Shown one piece after another: positions 17,704 through 27,637 of a DNA stretch of 52,626 bases. The notes beneath the pieces were generated by a model that saw nothing but the letters and a program-made list of their open reading frames with translations, was not told the DNA's origin and did not search any database. How positions within the stretch are numbered: position 1 is the stretch's first letter; each line of letters starts with the position of its first letter. The DNA is from Thermodesulfobacteriota bacterium (lineage in GTDB: Bacteria; Desulfobacterota_D; UBA1144). The stretch is from positions 1 through 52,626 of the forward strand of contig JAYYZJ010000007.1 of assembly GCA_036340075.1 (NCBI GenBank), in the 5' to 3' direction. The position numbers were made by a program, and so were the translations under genes.

Positions 17704-20136
17704 TTATTTTTCCTGTATCTTTGCAACTGCAACTACTTTAATTGTATCGTCCACTTTCATTAACCTAACTCCTTGGGTAGCTCTCCCAATTATTGAGATG
17801 TCAGACGCTTTAAGCCTAGTTGCCTTACCAATAGATGATAATAAAATTATGTCCGAATCATCGTCAACTTGAAAAGCATTTACTATAGATCCTGTCTTTT
17901 CCGTAATTTTCAAAGTAGTTACCCCTTTACCTCCTCTTGATGTAAGCCTATATTTTTCAATCTCAGTTCTTTTTCCAAAACCATTTTCTGTTACTGTTAA
18001 AATTTGCGAATCTTTGTTTTTTATTACTTCAGAACTAACTACATAATCATCTTTATTCAAATTAATACCTCTAACTCCCATACTGTTTCTTCCTACTGAT
18101 CTTACATCTTCTTCATTGAAACGCACTGCTTGTCCCATTCTTGATGAAATTATAATCTCGTCTTCACCTGATGTAGTTTTTACAGAAATTAACTCATCAT
18201 CATTCTTTAAATTGATTGCTATAATCCCATTAGCTCTAGGTCGCGAATATTCTTCTAATTTAGTTTTCTTAATAACACCTCTTTTTGTGCTCATGACTAA
18301 GTATCTATCTTGTTCAAAATCAGATATCGATACACATGCTTTTACAGTCTCTTTGTTTGATAGATTTAAAAGATTATTTAATGACCTTCCACGAGCTATT
18401 AAGCTTGCTTCGGGTAATTCATACACTTTTCTCCAAAAACATTTACCTAGATTTGTAAAGAAAACTATATAATCATGAGTAGATGCAACAAAGACATTTT
18501 CTGCAAAGTCATCATTTTTACTTGTTGCTCCAGTCTTTCCAACCCCTCCTCTTCTTTGACTTCTATATGAAGTCAAAACTGTTCTTTTGATAAAACCTTC
18601 GTGTGTCAAAGTAACAACCATATCCTCTTTCTTGATTAAATCTTCGACTTTCATTCCACCCAAATCTCTATCATCAATAATAGTTTTTCTATCATCACCA
18701 TAATTGTTAATGGTTTCTTGAATTTCTGAAATCATTATTTTGTTTATCTCATTGTCATCGGAAAGAATCTTATTTATTTCTTTAATTCTTTTAATTAAAA
18801 GTTTTCTTTCTTCTAAAATTCTCTTTTGTTCCATTCCAGTAAGTCTCTGAAGTCTTAGTTCTAATATAGAAGTAGATTGCGTCTCTGAAATCTTCAAATC
18901 TTTCATTAAAGCTTGTTTAGCATCAGCTGGTTCTTTTGATTTTCTAATTATTTTAATAGTTTTATCGAGATTATCTAAGGCTACTTTGAACCCATCCAGA
19001 ATATGCAACCTTTCTTCTGACTTATGCAACTCAAAGAGAAATCTTTTTGTTATTACTTCAAATCTATGATTAATAAAGCATTGATTAATCTCTTTTAAAT
19101 TTAAAAGTTTAGGCTTACCTTTGTCTATTGCCAGCAAGATAATTCCAAAACTAGTGCTCATTGGAGTTAGAGCAAAAATGTTATTCAATAAGACATTAGG
19201 GTCTTCTCCTCTTTTTGGATCAATAACAACTCTAATTCCATCTCTATTAGATTCATCTCGTATATCTGAAACACCTTTTAATTTTTCGTCTCTTACTAAA
19301 TCTGCAATTTTTTCAATTAATTTGCTTTTATTTACTTGATAGGGAATCTCCGTGATTACAATCTTATTAGAACCAGGTTCTATATTTGCTACGCCTCTGA
19401 GCTTTATTATTCCTTTTCCTGTTTTATAAGCTTGTTCAATAACATCTTTCGACCCATGCACAATACCACCAGTTGGAAAATCCGGCCCTGGAATAATTTT
19501 TAAAAGTTGATTTATTGTTATTGATGGGTTTTTTATTTGTTCAATTATTGCTGATGATAATTCTTTAAAATTATGTGGAGGTATATTTGTTGACATACCA
19601 ACTGCGATTCCCGATGCTCCATTCAATAAAAGAGTTGGAATTTTTGAAGGGAGAACTTTAGGTTCCTTGGTTGACCCATCATAATTCTCACCAAAATCTA
19701 CTGTTTCTTTGTCTAAATCTTCAAGTAATTGAGATGAAAGTTTTGAGAGTTTAACTTCCGTGTATCTCATTGCAGCTGCAGGGTCTCCATCTATCGAACC
19801 GAAATTTCCCTGACCTTCAACAAGGGGGTATCTTAATGAAAAATCCTGAGCCATTCTTACCAAAGCTTCATATAACGCTGAATCACCATGCGGATGAAAC
19901 TTACCCATAACGTCTCCAACAACTCTTGCAGATTTTTTATAAGATTTATTAAAATCTAAACCTAAATCTTTCATCCCGTACAGAAGCCTTCTGTGAACAG
20001 GCTTAAGACCGTCTCTGACATCAGGCAAAGCTCTACCTATTATTACACTAAGAGAATAACTCAAGTAAGAGTCTTTCAACTCATCAAAAATTTCTGTGGG
20101 CTTAATATGTTCTTCAGTATGTTCTTCAGACGAAAT
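17704..20136 (-). CDS. gyrA: DNA gyrase subunit A (start extended to ATT at 20136)
   Basis: [29 protein letters not shown], GyrA-box QRRGGVG, beta-pinwheel repeats. Identity is secure; the start codon is inferred. Confidence 0.95.
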   Translation of the reverse strand: MSSEEHTEEHIKPTEIFDELKDSYLSYSLSVIIGRALPDVRDGLKPVHRRLLYGMKDLGLDFNKSYKKSARVVGDVMGKFHPHGDSALYEALVRMAQDFSLRYPLVEGQGNFGSIDGDPAAAMRYTEVKLSKLSSQLLEDLDKETVDFGENYDGSTKEPKVLPSKIPTLLLNGASGIAVGMSTNIPPHNFKELSSAIIEQIKNPSITINQLLKIIPGPDFPTGGIVHGSKDVIEQAYKTGKGIIKLRGVANIEPGSNKIVITEIPYQVNKSKLIEKIADLVRDEKLKGVSDIRDESNRDGIRVVIDPKRGEDPNVLLNNIFALTPMSTSFGIILLAIDKGKPKLLNLKEINQCFINHRFEVITKRFLFELHKSEERLHILDGFKVALDNLDKTIKIIRKSKEPADAKQALMKDLKISETQSTSILELRLQRLTGMEQKRILEERKLLIKRIKEINKILSDDNEINKIMISEIQETINNYGDDRKTIIDDRDLGGMKVEDLIKKEDMVVTLTHEGFIKRTVLTSYRSQRRGGVGKTGATSKNDDFAENVFVASTHDYIVFFTNLGKCFWRKVYELPEASLIARGRSLNNLLNLSNKETVKACVSISDFEQDRYLVMSTKRGVIKKTKLEEYSRPRANGIIAINLKNDDELISVKTTSGEDEIIISSRMGQAVRFNEEDVRSVGRNSMGVRGINLNKDDYVVSSEVIKNKDSQILTVTENGFGKRTEIEKYRLTSRGGKGVTTLKITEKTGSIVNAFQVDDDSDIILLSSIGKATRLKASDISIIGRATQGVRLMKVDDTIKVVAVAKIQEK
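20106..20129. repeat. Perfect 12-bp tandem duplication in the gyrA 5' end
   Basis: TATGTTCTTCAG x2, encoding EEHT/EEHI on the minus strand. Confidence 0.9.
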
Positions 20137-20203
20137 AGTTAAACTCCAATACTAAACATGAAAAGTAAAGTTATTATACAACTTAATTCTATAAAATTGA
20201 AGC

Positions 20204-21214
20204 TTAAATATCTATGGTTGCATCTTTCCTAGTTAAGATTTCCAAAAGAATTTTAGGATTTTTGTTCTTGTAAAGAATTGCGTAAATTGTCTCTAAAATA
20301 GGTAGTCGAATTCGAAACTTTTTGATTAACCTGTATACTGCCTTGGTTGTAAAATAACCTTCAGCAATTGTTGGCCCAGAATTAATAATTTTTTTAAGCT
20401 TTTTCCCTTTCCCAAGCATAAAACCTAAATTTCTATTTCTGCTCTTATTCCCATAAGCAGTTAATACCAAATCACCAATCCCTGCTAAACCAAGAAATGT
20501 TGTTTTTTTCGCACCCATCAACTCTGCTAAAATTCTAATTTCATTTAAACCTCTCGTTATAAAAGTGGCTTTGCTGCTTTCGCTAAATTCTAATCCATCA
20601 AAAATACCAGCACCAATAGCAATGATATTTTTCATTGATCCGCCTATTTCAAGACCTACCACATCATTGCTTGGATAAACTGCAAAATATTTATTATGAA
20701 AAAGATTCTTTGCCTTTATTAATGAATCCGGATTATATGAAGCCATTGATATTGCAGTAGGTAATCTATTGGCTACATCTTTAGCAAAACTTGGACCAGA
20801 TATTGTTACATATCTGCTTTTGGTATAAGGAACTGAGTCATTAAATACTTCATAGATAGTTTTCATAGAATCTTCTTCAATTCCTTTTGATGTATTAATT
20901 ATTAACACACCTCTCTTAATATTATTCTTGATTTGCATCAAAAAGTTTCTCGTATATTGGGCTGGAAGAGAAAAAACTAAATAATTTGTATCAAATAATC
21001 TTTTATCTTCTAAGGAAATAATTGGATTAATGCGTTTTGGCAATTCTATTCCGGGTAAAAATAATTTATTTTTTCTTGTTTTCTTTATCGAGGTAAATAC
21101 TTTTTCTTCTCTTATCCACAAATTAACATGGTATTGATTCTCAGCTAATACTTTTGCTATTGCAGTTCCCCAACTTCCAGCACCAAAAACAGTTACAACT
21201 TTTTTTGACTTCAT
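20204..21214 (-). CDS. gpsA: NAD(P)H-dependent glycerol-3-phosphate dehydrogenase
   Basis: GAGSWGTA, SKGIE, SGPSFA, KNIIAI, GLAGIGDL, SRNR, AEG. Confidence 0.96.
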   Translation of the reverse strand: MKSKKVVTVFGAGSWGTAIAKVLAENQYHVNLWIREEKVFTSIKKTRKNKLFLPGIELPKRINPIISLEDKRLFDTNYLVFSLPAQYTRNFLMQIKNNIKRGVLIINTSKGIEEDSMKTIYEVFNDSVPYTKSRYVTISGPSFAKDVANRLPTAISMASYNPDSLIKAKNLFHNKYFAVYPSNDVVGLEIGGSMKNIIAIGAGIFDGLEFSESSKATFITRGLNEIRILAELMGAKKTTFLGLAGIGDLVLTAYGNKSRNRNLGFMLGKGKKLKKIINSGPTIAEGYFTTKAVYRLIKKFRIRLPILETIYAILYKNKNPKILLEILTRKDATIDI

Positions 21215-21258
21215 AGTAAAGTATATTATATTTAAATTTCAAGGAATAGATAGGAAAG

Positions 21259-21435
21259 ATGTTAAGAAGAGATTATAAAGGATCAGCTGTTGTTTGTTTA
21301 ATACTTTTTACTTTGTTTGGTATAGGTATTTCAAAAGCATCACATGCTGATTTAGGAATTTACCTTAAAGTGCTAGCCGCAATTATAATTCTTGGTGTTT
21401 TTGTTGGTGTAACGACACACCTTTCAAAAAAATAG
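21259..21435 (+). CDS. Small 2-TM membrane protein (58 aa), absent from the ORF track
   Basis: MLRRDYKGSAVVCLILFTLFGIGISKASHADLGIYLKVLAAIIILGVFVGVTTHLSKK*; AGGA SD; fills the gpsA-mutase gap. Confidence 0.7.
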   Translation: MLRRDYKGSAVVCLILFTLFGIGISKASHADLGIYLKVLAAIIILGVFVGVTTHLSKK

Positions 21436-21442
21436 TAAACAA

Positions 21443-21847
21443 TTATTTTGATTTTACATTAGTATTAATCCACTCAATCATTTCAGCTGTTGTGGTACCA
21501 GGTCCAAAGATTTCTTTGACTCCGCAATCTTTTAATCCTTTTATATCTTCTTCGGGTATAATTCCTCCACCAAAAACTACTAAATCTTCAAGTCCTTTCT
21601 TCTTTAAATCTTTAATAATTTCTGGAAACAAAAAATTATGCGCACCTGATAACAAACTAATTCCTATAGCATCAACATCTTCTTGTAATGCTGCTTCTGA
21701 AATCATCTCTGGTGTTTGATGAAGACCTGTGTATACAACTTCAAATCCAGCATCTCTTAATGCGCGAGTTATAATTTTCGCTCCTCTGTCGTGTCCATCA
21801 AGTCCAGCTTTTGCTATTAGAATTCTAATTTTGCTTTTATTTGACAT
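21443..21847 (-). CDS. Stand-alone cobalamin-binding subunit of an acyl-CoA (methylmalonyl-CoA-type) mutase
   Basis: AKAGLDGHDRGAK (DxHxxG), S.LSGAH, GGGIIP, FGPGT. Confidence 0.93.
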   Translation of the reverse strand: MSNKSKIRILIAKAGLDGHDRGAKIITRALRDAGFEVVYTGLHQTPEMISEAALQEDVDAIGISLLSGAHNFLFPEIIKDLKKKGLEDLVVFGGGIIPEEDIKGLKDCGVKEIFGPGTTTAEMIEWINTNVKSK

Positions 21848-21862
21848 ATCAAACCTAAAAAA

Positions 21863-22216
21863 TTAATTGTGTTTTAAAACAAACTCCTTATTGAAAGCGT
21901 TTACTGATTTTGATCTTATAGAAAATCTGAAATCTACAATTTCTCTAGGTGACAAATAATTACCTTTTCTTGTACTTATGTCATAAGTTGTAGCTTCAAC
22001 AATATTATCTTTATTGTCTTTAACGATATACTTTAATTTAACACTTTTCACTTCTTTTGAAGAATTATTTACTACTCTGCCTATATACTCAAGGGCACCA
22101 TTTTCATTAACTGTTTCCAATATTGGTCCGTAAAAACTTATCTTCGATTTCGATTCAAAACTATCACAAGATATAAACAAGAATAAGCTAAATAAAGATA
22201 TTAATAAGGGTTTCAT
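21863..22216 (-). CDS. Putative lipoprotein with Ig-like (FxLYD-like) fold
   Basis: Lipobox FISC; G.V.N.S...V.SV...Y...D..N.V pattern. Confidence 0.65.
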   Translation of the reverse strand: MKPLLISLFSLFLFISCDSFESKSKISFYGPILETVNENGALEYIGRVVNNSSKEVKSVKLKYIVKDNKDNIVEATTYDISTRKGNYLSPREIVDFRFSIRSKSVNAFNKEFVLKHN

Positions 22217-22956
22217 TTTTTATCATCTAAATTAATTATATTAGTTTTATCTCCGTTGTTTGTGTCTTTATCATCCTTATGATCATGGATAATGTCTTCA
22301 AGCAATTTGTGCATTATTTTTATAGCACCCAGAGAGCTTGATTTAAGATACCCTTTTTCGGGCAAATCATCTCTTTTCTTCCTAACCCAAAGATAGAAAA
22401 GAAAAGCTTGATTATTAAGAATTAGATATAAAAACAAATAAAAAATTCCATTATTCGCTAATACATTTGTGAGAATTGGTATAGTGCTAGTTTCAATCCT
22501 AACTATTCCAAATGGAGTTGTATCTCCAGGTACAAAAAATGGTTTTATAGCTACATATTTGTTATTAAAGAAATACTTAATCTTTCTATTAACTTCAGCA
22601 GTATCATTCTTAGTAAAATCATCATTAACTCCTGCATCAACTACACCCTTTTTGATGTCAGATTTAAAATAAATTGTTAAGACTTCTGGAGGATTCACCC
22701 CGAATGCATTTGTAAGTTTCTGAACCCCTATTCTTTCATCAAGATATTTAAAAAAATCATTGGAAGAATAATTATTTTGATTATCCTTAAAATAATTTGT
22801 AGCCTGCTCAGCAATTATAGAAGCATAGCCTTTTGTTTGTATTTTGTTTGTTTCTCTTCGTTGATTAAAATTGAAGATAAATAATAGAAAAATTAAAGAA
22901 AGTATTAGTAATTGAATCAAAGCAATTACTGTAAATCTTTTTAAAAAATACATCAT
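22213..22956 (-). CDS. Two-TM membrane protein with extracytoplasmic domain and short cytoplasmic tail
   Basis: Hydrophobic segments near aa 8-30 and 170-192; KPF...PFGIVRI resembles the end of a Cache/PAS-like sensor domain. Confidence 0.7.
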   Translation of the reverse strand: MMYFLKRFTVIALIQLLILSLIFLLFIFNFNQRRETNKIQTKGYASIIAEQATNYFKDNQNNYSSNDFFKYLDERIGVQKLTNAFGVNPPEVLTIYFKSDIKKGVVDAGVNDDFTKNDTAEVNRKIKYFFNNKYVAIKPFFVPGDTTPFGIVRIETSTIPILTNVLANNGIFYLFLYLILNNQAFLFYLWVRKKRDDLPEKGYLKSSSLGAIKIMHKLLEDIIHDHKDDKDTNNGDKTNIINLDDKK

Positions 22957-23390
22957 GCAGTTTTCGAGAGTTTCTCTATAGAATCTATAACTCTTTTATC
23001 TGAAATTCTTTTATCTGATTTTAGAAGCATGTAAACCATTCCAACAAAATCCTTTCTGACTTCATCAGATAAATTTCTATACAAATCTAGAAGCAATTTC
23101 TCTGAAGAAGTAATTGGTTCATTTAAATTGTTTTTTATATTTTCTTTCTTTAAAAATCTAAGTAATTTTTGTTCTTTGGCGGTATTCCATACTAAGTCAT
23201 AATCTACATCTAAAGCTTCTGCTATTGCAACACACTTTTGTTTTGACGGTGCATCGACTTTAGCAGTTTCAAGTTGATGAATATAAACAGTCGAAACATT
23301 AACTCTAGAAGCAAGCTGCTCTTGTGTAATTTTTTTATTTTTTCTAATTTTCTTTAGAAAATCAGCAAAAACTTTATCAGAATTAAGCAT
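22953..23390 (-). CDS. XRE-family HTH transcriptional regulator
   Basis: LKKIRKNKKITQEQLASRVNVSTVYIHQLET...IAEALDV. Confidence 0.9.
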   Translation of the reverse strand: MLNSDKVFADFLKKIRKNKKITQEQLASRVNVSTVYIHQLETAKVDAPSKQKCVAIAEALDVDYDLVWNTAKEQKLLRFLKKENIKNNLNEPITSSEKLLLDLYRNLSDEVRKDFVGMVYMLLKSDKRISDKRVIDSIEKLSKTA

Positions 23391-23396
23391 TTGAAT

Positions 23397-23425
23397 AGAA
23401 TACTGTTTTTTTAGATTGTTTTCAA
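23397..23425 (-). promoter_or_regulatory. Sigma-70 promoter, probably giving a leaderless XRE mRNA
   Basis: TTGAAA-17-TATTCT-6-ATG; no SD. Confidence 0.6.
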
Positions 23426-23439
23426 TTAAAGAATTAGAA

Positions 23440-23512
<73 letters not shown>

Positions 23513-23558
23513 TAACAAAATAAACTTAAAGTTTATATAAAATAATTTGTTAATCAAG

Positions 23559-23588
23559 AAAAACTAGAGCTCTATAAAGAGCTCTAGT
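23559..23588 (-). terminator. Intrinsic terminator of the porin gene
   Basis: Perfect 11-bp stem ACTAGAGCTCT-ATAA-AGAGCTCTAGT followed by a U run on the minus strand. Confidence 0.85.
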
Positions 23589-23601
23589 CTAAATTTCTAT
23601 A

Positions 23602-24735
23602 TTAGAACGATACTATGTACTGCAGAGATACTGTATCCTGGGTTTTGTTCTGTGCAGTTTCAGTAGATGGAGACAAAGTCATTACTTGTCTTCCAAATAC
23701 TTCATGGTTTGCAAAATCTCTTCTAAATTCTGCTCTTAAAATTCCATGCTCACCTATCAGAAATTGTGGGGTAATAGTTAAACTTTTAAGTGTTGCATCA
23801 TCTTTTCCTTCGTCCCATGATCCTTTACTTGTTACACTTCCAAATGATAACCTAGAACCATCTTTGTCCTTGAAGTACTCACCTCTTAAAGCAATAGAGG
23901 CTCTGTCTGAATGATCATAAACTAGATAGCCTGCGTAACCATACCAATTAGCAGTATGTTTCGAATTATCAGTTCTAGTTTCTCCTGCATCATCTTCTTG
24001 TGCATAAACACCATTAAGCGTCAATGATAAATTAGAACCAAGAGGCATTCCAAAAACAGCAGTATACGTTTGTCTTATTGCTGAATCATTTGCAGTTTCT
24101 GGTCCATAATTCATGGCAAGAAAGATTGAAGCATCGCCTAGTGCCTTTCCTACAGCAGCTTCAATTGTTTTACCTTGATTTTCTCCTTCGTCATAAATTA
24201 CATCCGAACCATTACCAATTCCTAAATAAAATTCATCTACAAGGTTGATTTCTGTTGGCTCATATGAAGCTCTTACACCTGTATTTTGGAAATTAATTGA
24301 ATAACCAAAAAGAAAGCTTCGTGTAATGTTAACATTGTCTGCTGGATTGATAACTTCGTTACCTAACATAGTATCAAAATGACCAACCATCAATGTTGCG
24401 GCACCAACTGGCAACATGCCATAAGCTTGGTGAAGAAAGAAATCTGTACCTGATCCATCTACATCTTGAGCAATACTTCCAAAGAGTGCATCAATTACAA
24501 AATAGTCGTTAGATACACCTAATTGAGCAGATGGTGTCATAGTATAATCATCATCACTAAAAGTATGGAAGTTGTTATTCTCATCTTCATTGTCACCCAT
24601 ATTATAGGTTGTAGCAGTATGTACATAACCTGAAAAAGTAAGTGGTATTTCAGATGAGGCACCCTCTTTTGCAAAAGAATTCATACCCGAAAACATCAAT
24701 GCAAAAGCAAATAAAGTTAAAAAAAGTTTTTTCAT
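23602..24735 (-). CDS. Outer-membrane beta-barrel porin (BBP2/DUF1597-like)
   Basis: Signal peptide, LHQAY, GHFDT.LG.E, N.N.TRSFLF, TGVRA, R.EYF.D..G, RAEFRRD, terminal F; strong SD AGGAGGAG. Confidence 0.85.
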   Translation of the reverse strand: MKKLFLTLFAFALMFSGMNSFAKEGASSEIPLTFSGYVHTATTYNMGDNEDENNNFHTFSDDDYTMTPSAQLGVSNDYFVIDALFGSIAQDVDGSGTDFFLHQAYGMLPVGAATLMVGHFDTMLGNEVINPADNVNITRSFLFGYSINFQNTGVRASYEPTEINLVDEFYLGIGNGSDVIYDEGENQGKTIEAAVGKALGDASIFLAMNYGPETANDSAIRQTYTAVFGMPLGSNLSLTLNGVYAQEDDAGETRTDNSKHTANWYGYAGYLVYDHSDRASIALRGEYFKDKDGSRLSFGSVTSKGSWDEGKDDATLKSLTITPQFLIGEHGILRAEFRRDFANHEVFGRQVMTLSPSTETAQNKTQDTVSLQYIVSF

Positions 24736-24771
24736 ATTCTCCTCCTCTTAATACAAATTTAACTTTATAGT

Positions 24772-24788
24772 AGCAATTTGCGTACCAA
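24772..24788 (-). promoter_or_regulatory. Sigma-54 (-24/-12) promoter of the porin
   Basis: TTGGTACGCAAATTGCT versus consensus TGGCACG-N4-TTGCW; GG-N10-GC spacing is exact. Confidence 0.85.
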
Positions 24789-24825
24789 GTAGAAGAAAAA
24801 GGGTAAAAATGTCTAAAAAGATAAG

Positions 24826-24856
24826 AAAAAAGGAGCTAAATCTCTTATTCTAGCTC
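24826..24856 (-). terminator. Probable intrinsic terminator overlapping the MFS stop codon
   Basis: GAGCTAGA-ATAAGAGA-TTTAGCTC then CTTTTTT on the minus strand. Confidence 0.5.
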
Positions 24857-26185
24857 TTTTCCTTTAGTTTCAGGAAGTGTAAGTAGAACACATAGGGCAA
24901 AAAGAGCAAAGACTGAAGCTGCCATTAACGCTCTACCATTACCAATAATTTCACCATTAAACAAGAAGCCAACAGAGGTGATTGCGATAAAAGCAAAAAG
25001 TGGTGGTGCAATTGCTGATGCTCCACGACCTACGTTATAGCTAAAACCTTGTGCAGTTCCTCTGGCTCTAGTTGGGAAAATTTCTGAAAAAATTGCACCA
25101 AAACCAGAATAGAAGCCTGTATTAAAGAATCCAAGCAAAGGTGCGAGGATTAGAATTAAAGCATCGAGAGAAATAAATCCCAAAAATTCCTGTACTCTGA
25201 CTACGTTACCAAACACTGGAACCAATAGTGCTACTATTATTAGGTATGATGCAAATGTAAATTTTCGGCCAAACTTGTCACTAATCATTCCAAAAGATAT
25301 ACAACCAAGTATGGCTCCTATATTAAGCGGTATAGTGAAACCAAAACCTTTTACTAGACCTAAGCCTGCTCCTCCTTCTTCAATAGGACTTGCAAGATAA
25401 TTCGGTACGAAATAACTAAGTCCCCAATATGAAATCATACAAAAACTAGTAAGAGCAGTGGCTTTGATTAACAATGGTCTTAAGTCACCTTTGAATATTT
25501 GTAAAAAAGTAAATTCCTGTGTAGTTTTTTCTCTTTCTTGAGAACTCTTTTTCCATATTTCAGGCTCTTCACAAACTCTCCTAACATAAAAAACCAAGAT
25601 CGCTGGAAGCACTCCTAGGAAAAATAAGAATCTCCAACTTTCTACAGGAAAATCTTTCTCAACAAAAGGCAACATATTTAAATTAAATGTAGTAATAGGA
25701 AGAACAAAAGTGGCTAGAATCGCGGCAAGGATAAAACCAAATCCCCAACCACTTTGAACCATTCCAACTACTTTTCCTCTATGTTGTTTAGGCCAACTTT
25801 CAGCAACTAATATTTCACCGGAAGCCCATTCTCCTCCCATTCCTAACCCTAGCAAGAATCTACATAGAACAAACAACTCAATTGTTGGGGCAAAAGCTGA
25901 AAACATTGTAAATAAGGAATAAATAAGAATGGAATACATGAGAGCTTTTACTCTGCCAACATAATCTGAAATAACGCCAAAAACAATTCCTCCTAAAGCT
26001 GACGAAGCCAATGTAATGCTAAACAAGAAAGCTGCTTGAGGACCTGACAAATTAAAGGTTTCGGCAATAAATTTAAATGCAAAGACATAAAGTAATAAGT
26101 CCATTGCATCTAAAGTCCATCCAAGAAAAGCTGCAATGAAGGTTTTCCATTGCTTAGAATTGATATCTTTTGTCCAAGACAACAT
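24845..26185 (-). CDS. MFS transporter (organic/aromatic acid:H+ symporter-like)
   Basis: GWTLDAMD, G.ISDYVGR motif A, GLGMGGEW, E.WP...RG, SDKFGRK, LPETKG. Confidence 0.92.
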   Translation of the reverse strand: MLSWTKDINSKQWKTFIAAFLGWTLDAMDLLLYVFAFKFIAETFNLSGPQAAFLFSITLASSALGGIVFGVISDYVGRVKALMYSILIYSLFTMFSAFAPTIELFVLCRFLLGLGMGGEWASGEILVAESWPKQHRGKVVGMVQSGWGFGFILAAILATFVLPITTFNLNMLPFVEKDFPVESWRFLFFLGVLPAILVFYVRRVCEEPEIWKKSSQEREKTTQEFTFLQIFKGDLRPLLIKATALTSFCMISYWGLSYFVPNYLASPIEEGGAGLGLVKGFGFTIPLNIGAILGCISFGMISDKFGRKFTFASYLIIVALLVPVFGNVVRVQEFLGFISLDALILILAPLLGFFNTGFYSGFGAIFSEIFPTRARGTAQGFSYNVGRGASAIAPPLFAFIAITSVGFLFNGEIIGNGRALMAASVFALFALCVLLTLPETKGKELE

Positions 26186-26191
26186 CAAATC

Positions 26192-26265
26192 ATCTTACAA
26201 AATTAAAATTTATTAGTCAATCATAACTTTTATCCTATTGAATTAGGGAAAAACGTAGTTAAAAT
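26192..26265. promoter_or_regulatory. Back-to-back sigma-70 promoters, both apparently leaderless (MFS and miaB)
   Basis: Minus strand: TTGACT-17-TAAGAT-6-ATG(26185). Plus strand: TTGAAT-16-TAAAAT-6-ATG(26272). Confidence 0.65.
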
Positions 26266-26271
26266 TTCAAA

Positions 26272-27576
26272 ATGGAAAAATTGTCTGTATTTATAGAGAC
26301 ATATGGATGTCAAATGAATGAATATGATTCTGATAGGATTCTTAATTCATTGTCTGCAAAACCAGTCAAAGACCCCTCACTTGCTGATGTAATAATAGTA
26401 AATACTTGCGCTATAAGACAAAAGGCGGATCATAAAGCAGTTAGTGCTCTTGGAAGATATAAGAATCTAAAAGAAGTAAATCCTGACTTAATAATAGGTA
26501 TGGCCGGATGCGTTGCACAGCTATACGGAGACAAATTAATTAAAGATATTCCATATCTTGATTTCGTGATTGGACCAAGAGGAATCCCGAAGCTAATGAG
26601 CTTGGTTGAAGAAATAAAAAATTCTACTAAAAGAAAGAAAATAGAAACTTCAATGGATGTTGAGGATGTCTTTGAAGTGAGTCCACATCATCAACAAGGA
26701 AAAGTTACTGGATTTGTTTCAATTCAACAAGGTTGCAATAAAAAATGCGCTTATTGCATTGTCCCTACAGTAAGAGGACAAGAAGTTAATAGACCCTTAA
26801 AAGACATACTAGAAGAATCTAGATTGTTGATTAATCAAGGAGCTAAAGAGCTTACATATATTGGCCAAACTGTAAACTCATGGAAATATGAAGGAAAGAG
26901 ATTTCATGATCTCCTTAACTATCTCCAAGAACTAGAAGGTTTAGAAAGAATTAGATTTACAACTTCATTTCCTAGAGATATAACTTCAAAGATGATTGAT
27001 TCTATGAAAAACAATTATAAGATTTGCAGACAACTTCATCTACCTGTTCAGTCTGGATCCAATAAAATTCTAAAATCTATGAACAGAACCTATAGTATCG
27101 AATGGTACAAAGAGTGCGTGTCTAAACTAAAAGAAGCTATGCCCGACTTAAGCTTATCAACTGATATTATTGTTGGATTCTCAGATGAAAGTGAAAACGA
27201 TTTTGAAAAAACGATGAAGTTACTTGAGGATATAAAGTTTGATACAGTTTATTCATTTAAATATTCAATAAGGCCTGGCACTCCTGGAGAAGAAATGACA
27301 AACCACGTTTCTGATCAAGTTGCAACAGAAAGGCTAAAGAGATTGCAATCATTTCAAAGAAATATTACTTTTGAAAGCAACAAAAGAGATATAAACAAAA
27401 CGTTTCCTATCCTAATAGAAGGCAACAGTAGAAATAATCCTGGTGATTTATTTGGAAGGACTACGCAGAATAAAGTTGTAAATGTTAAAAATCTGGAAAC
27501 CGAATTTATTGGCGAAATAGTTGACGTGGAGATTCAAGAAGCTCACCAGAACTCCCTAGTGGGCAATTTAGCTTAA
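26272..27576 (+). CDS. miaB: tRNA-2-methylthio-N6-dimethylallyladenosine synthase
   Basis: TYGCQMN..DS, NTCAIR, GCVAQ, CNKKCAYC radical-SAM motif, TRAM domain. Confidence 0.96.
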   Translation: MEKLSVFIETYGCQMNEYDSDRILNSLSAKPVKDPSLADVIIVNTCAIRQKADHKAVSALGRYKNLKEVNPDLIIGMAGCVAQLYGDKLIKDIPYLDFVIGPRGIPKLMSLVEEIKNSTKRKKIETSMDVEDVFEVSPHHQQGKVTGFVSIQQGCNKKCAYCIVPTVRGQEVNRPLKDILEESRLLINQGAKELTYIGQTVNSWKYEGKRFHDLLNYLQELEGLERIRFTTSFPRDITSKMIDSMKNNYKICRQLHLPVQSGSNKILKSMNRTYSIEWYKECVSKLKEAMPDLSLSTDIIVGFSDESENDFEKTMKLLEDIKFDTVYSFKYSIRPGTPGEEMTNHVSDQVATERLKRLQSFQRNITFESNKRDINKTFPILIEGNSRNNPGDLFGRTTQNKVVNVKNLETEFIGEIVDVEIQEAHQNSLVGNLA

Positions 27577-27637
27577 TTACCCCCGCTTTTTTCAATAGAT
27601 AGAATTAAATACAGTTTGATGTTATCATGATTTTTTT

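Noticed and set aside
24877..24891. GTGT-N7-ACAC palindrome as the enhancer for the porin sigma-54 promoter
   Set aside because: The distance is plausible, but 4-bp arms inside a coding sequence are expected by chance and it matches no activator consensus I know.
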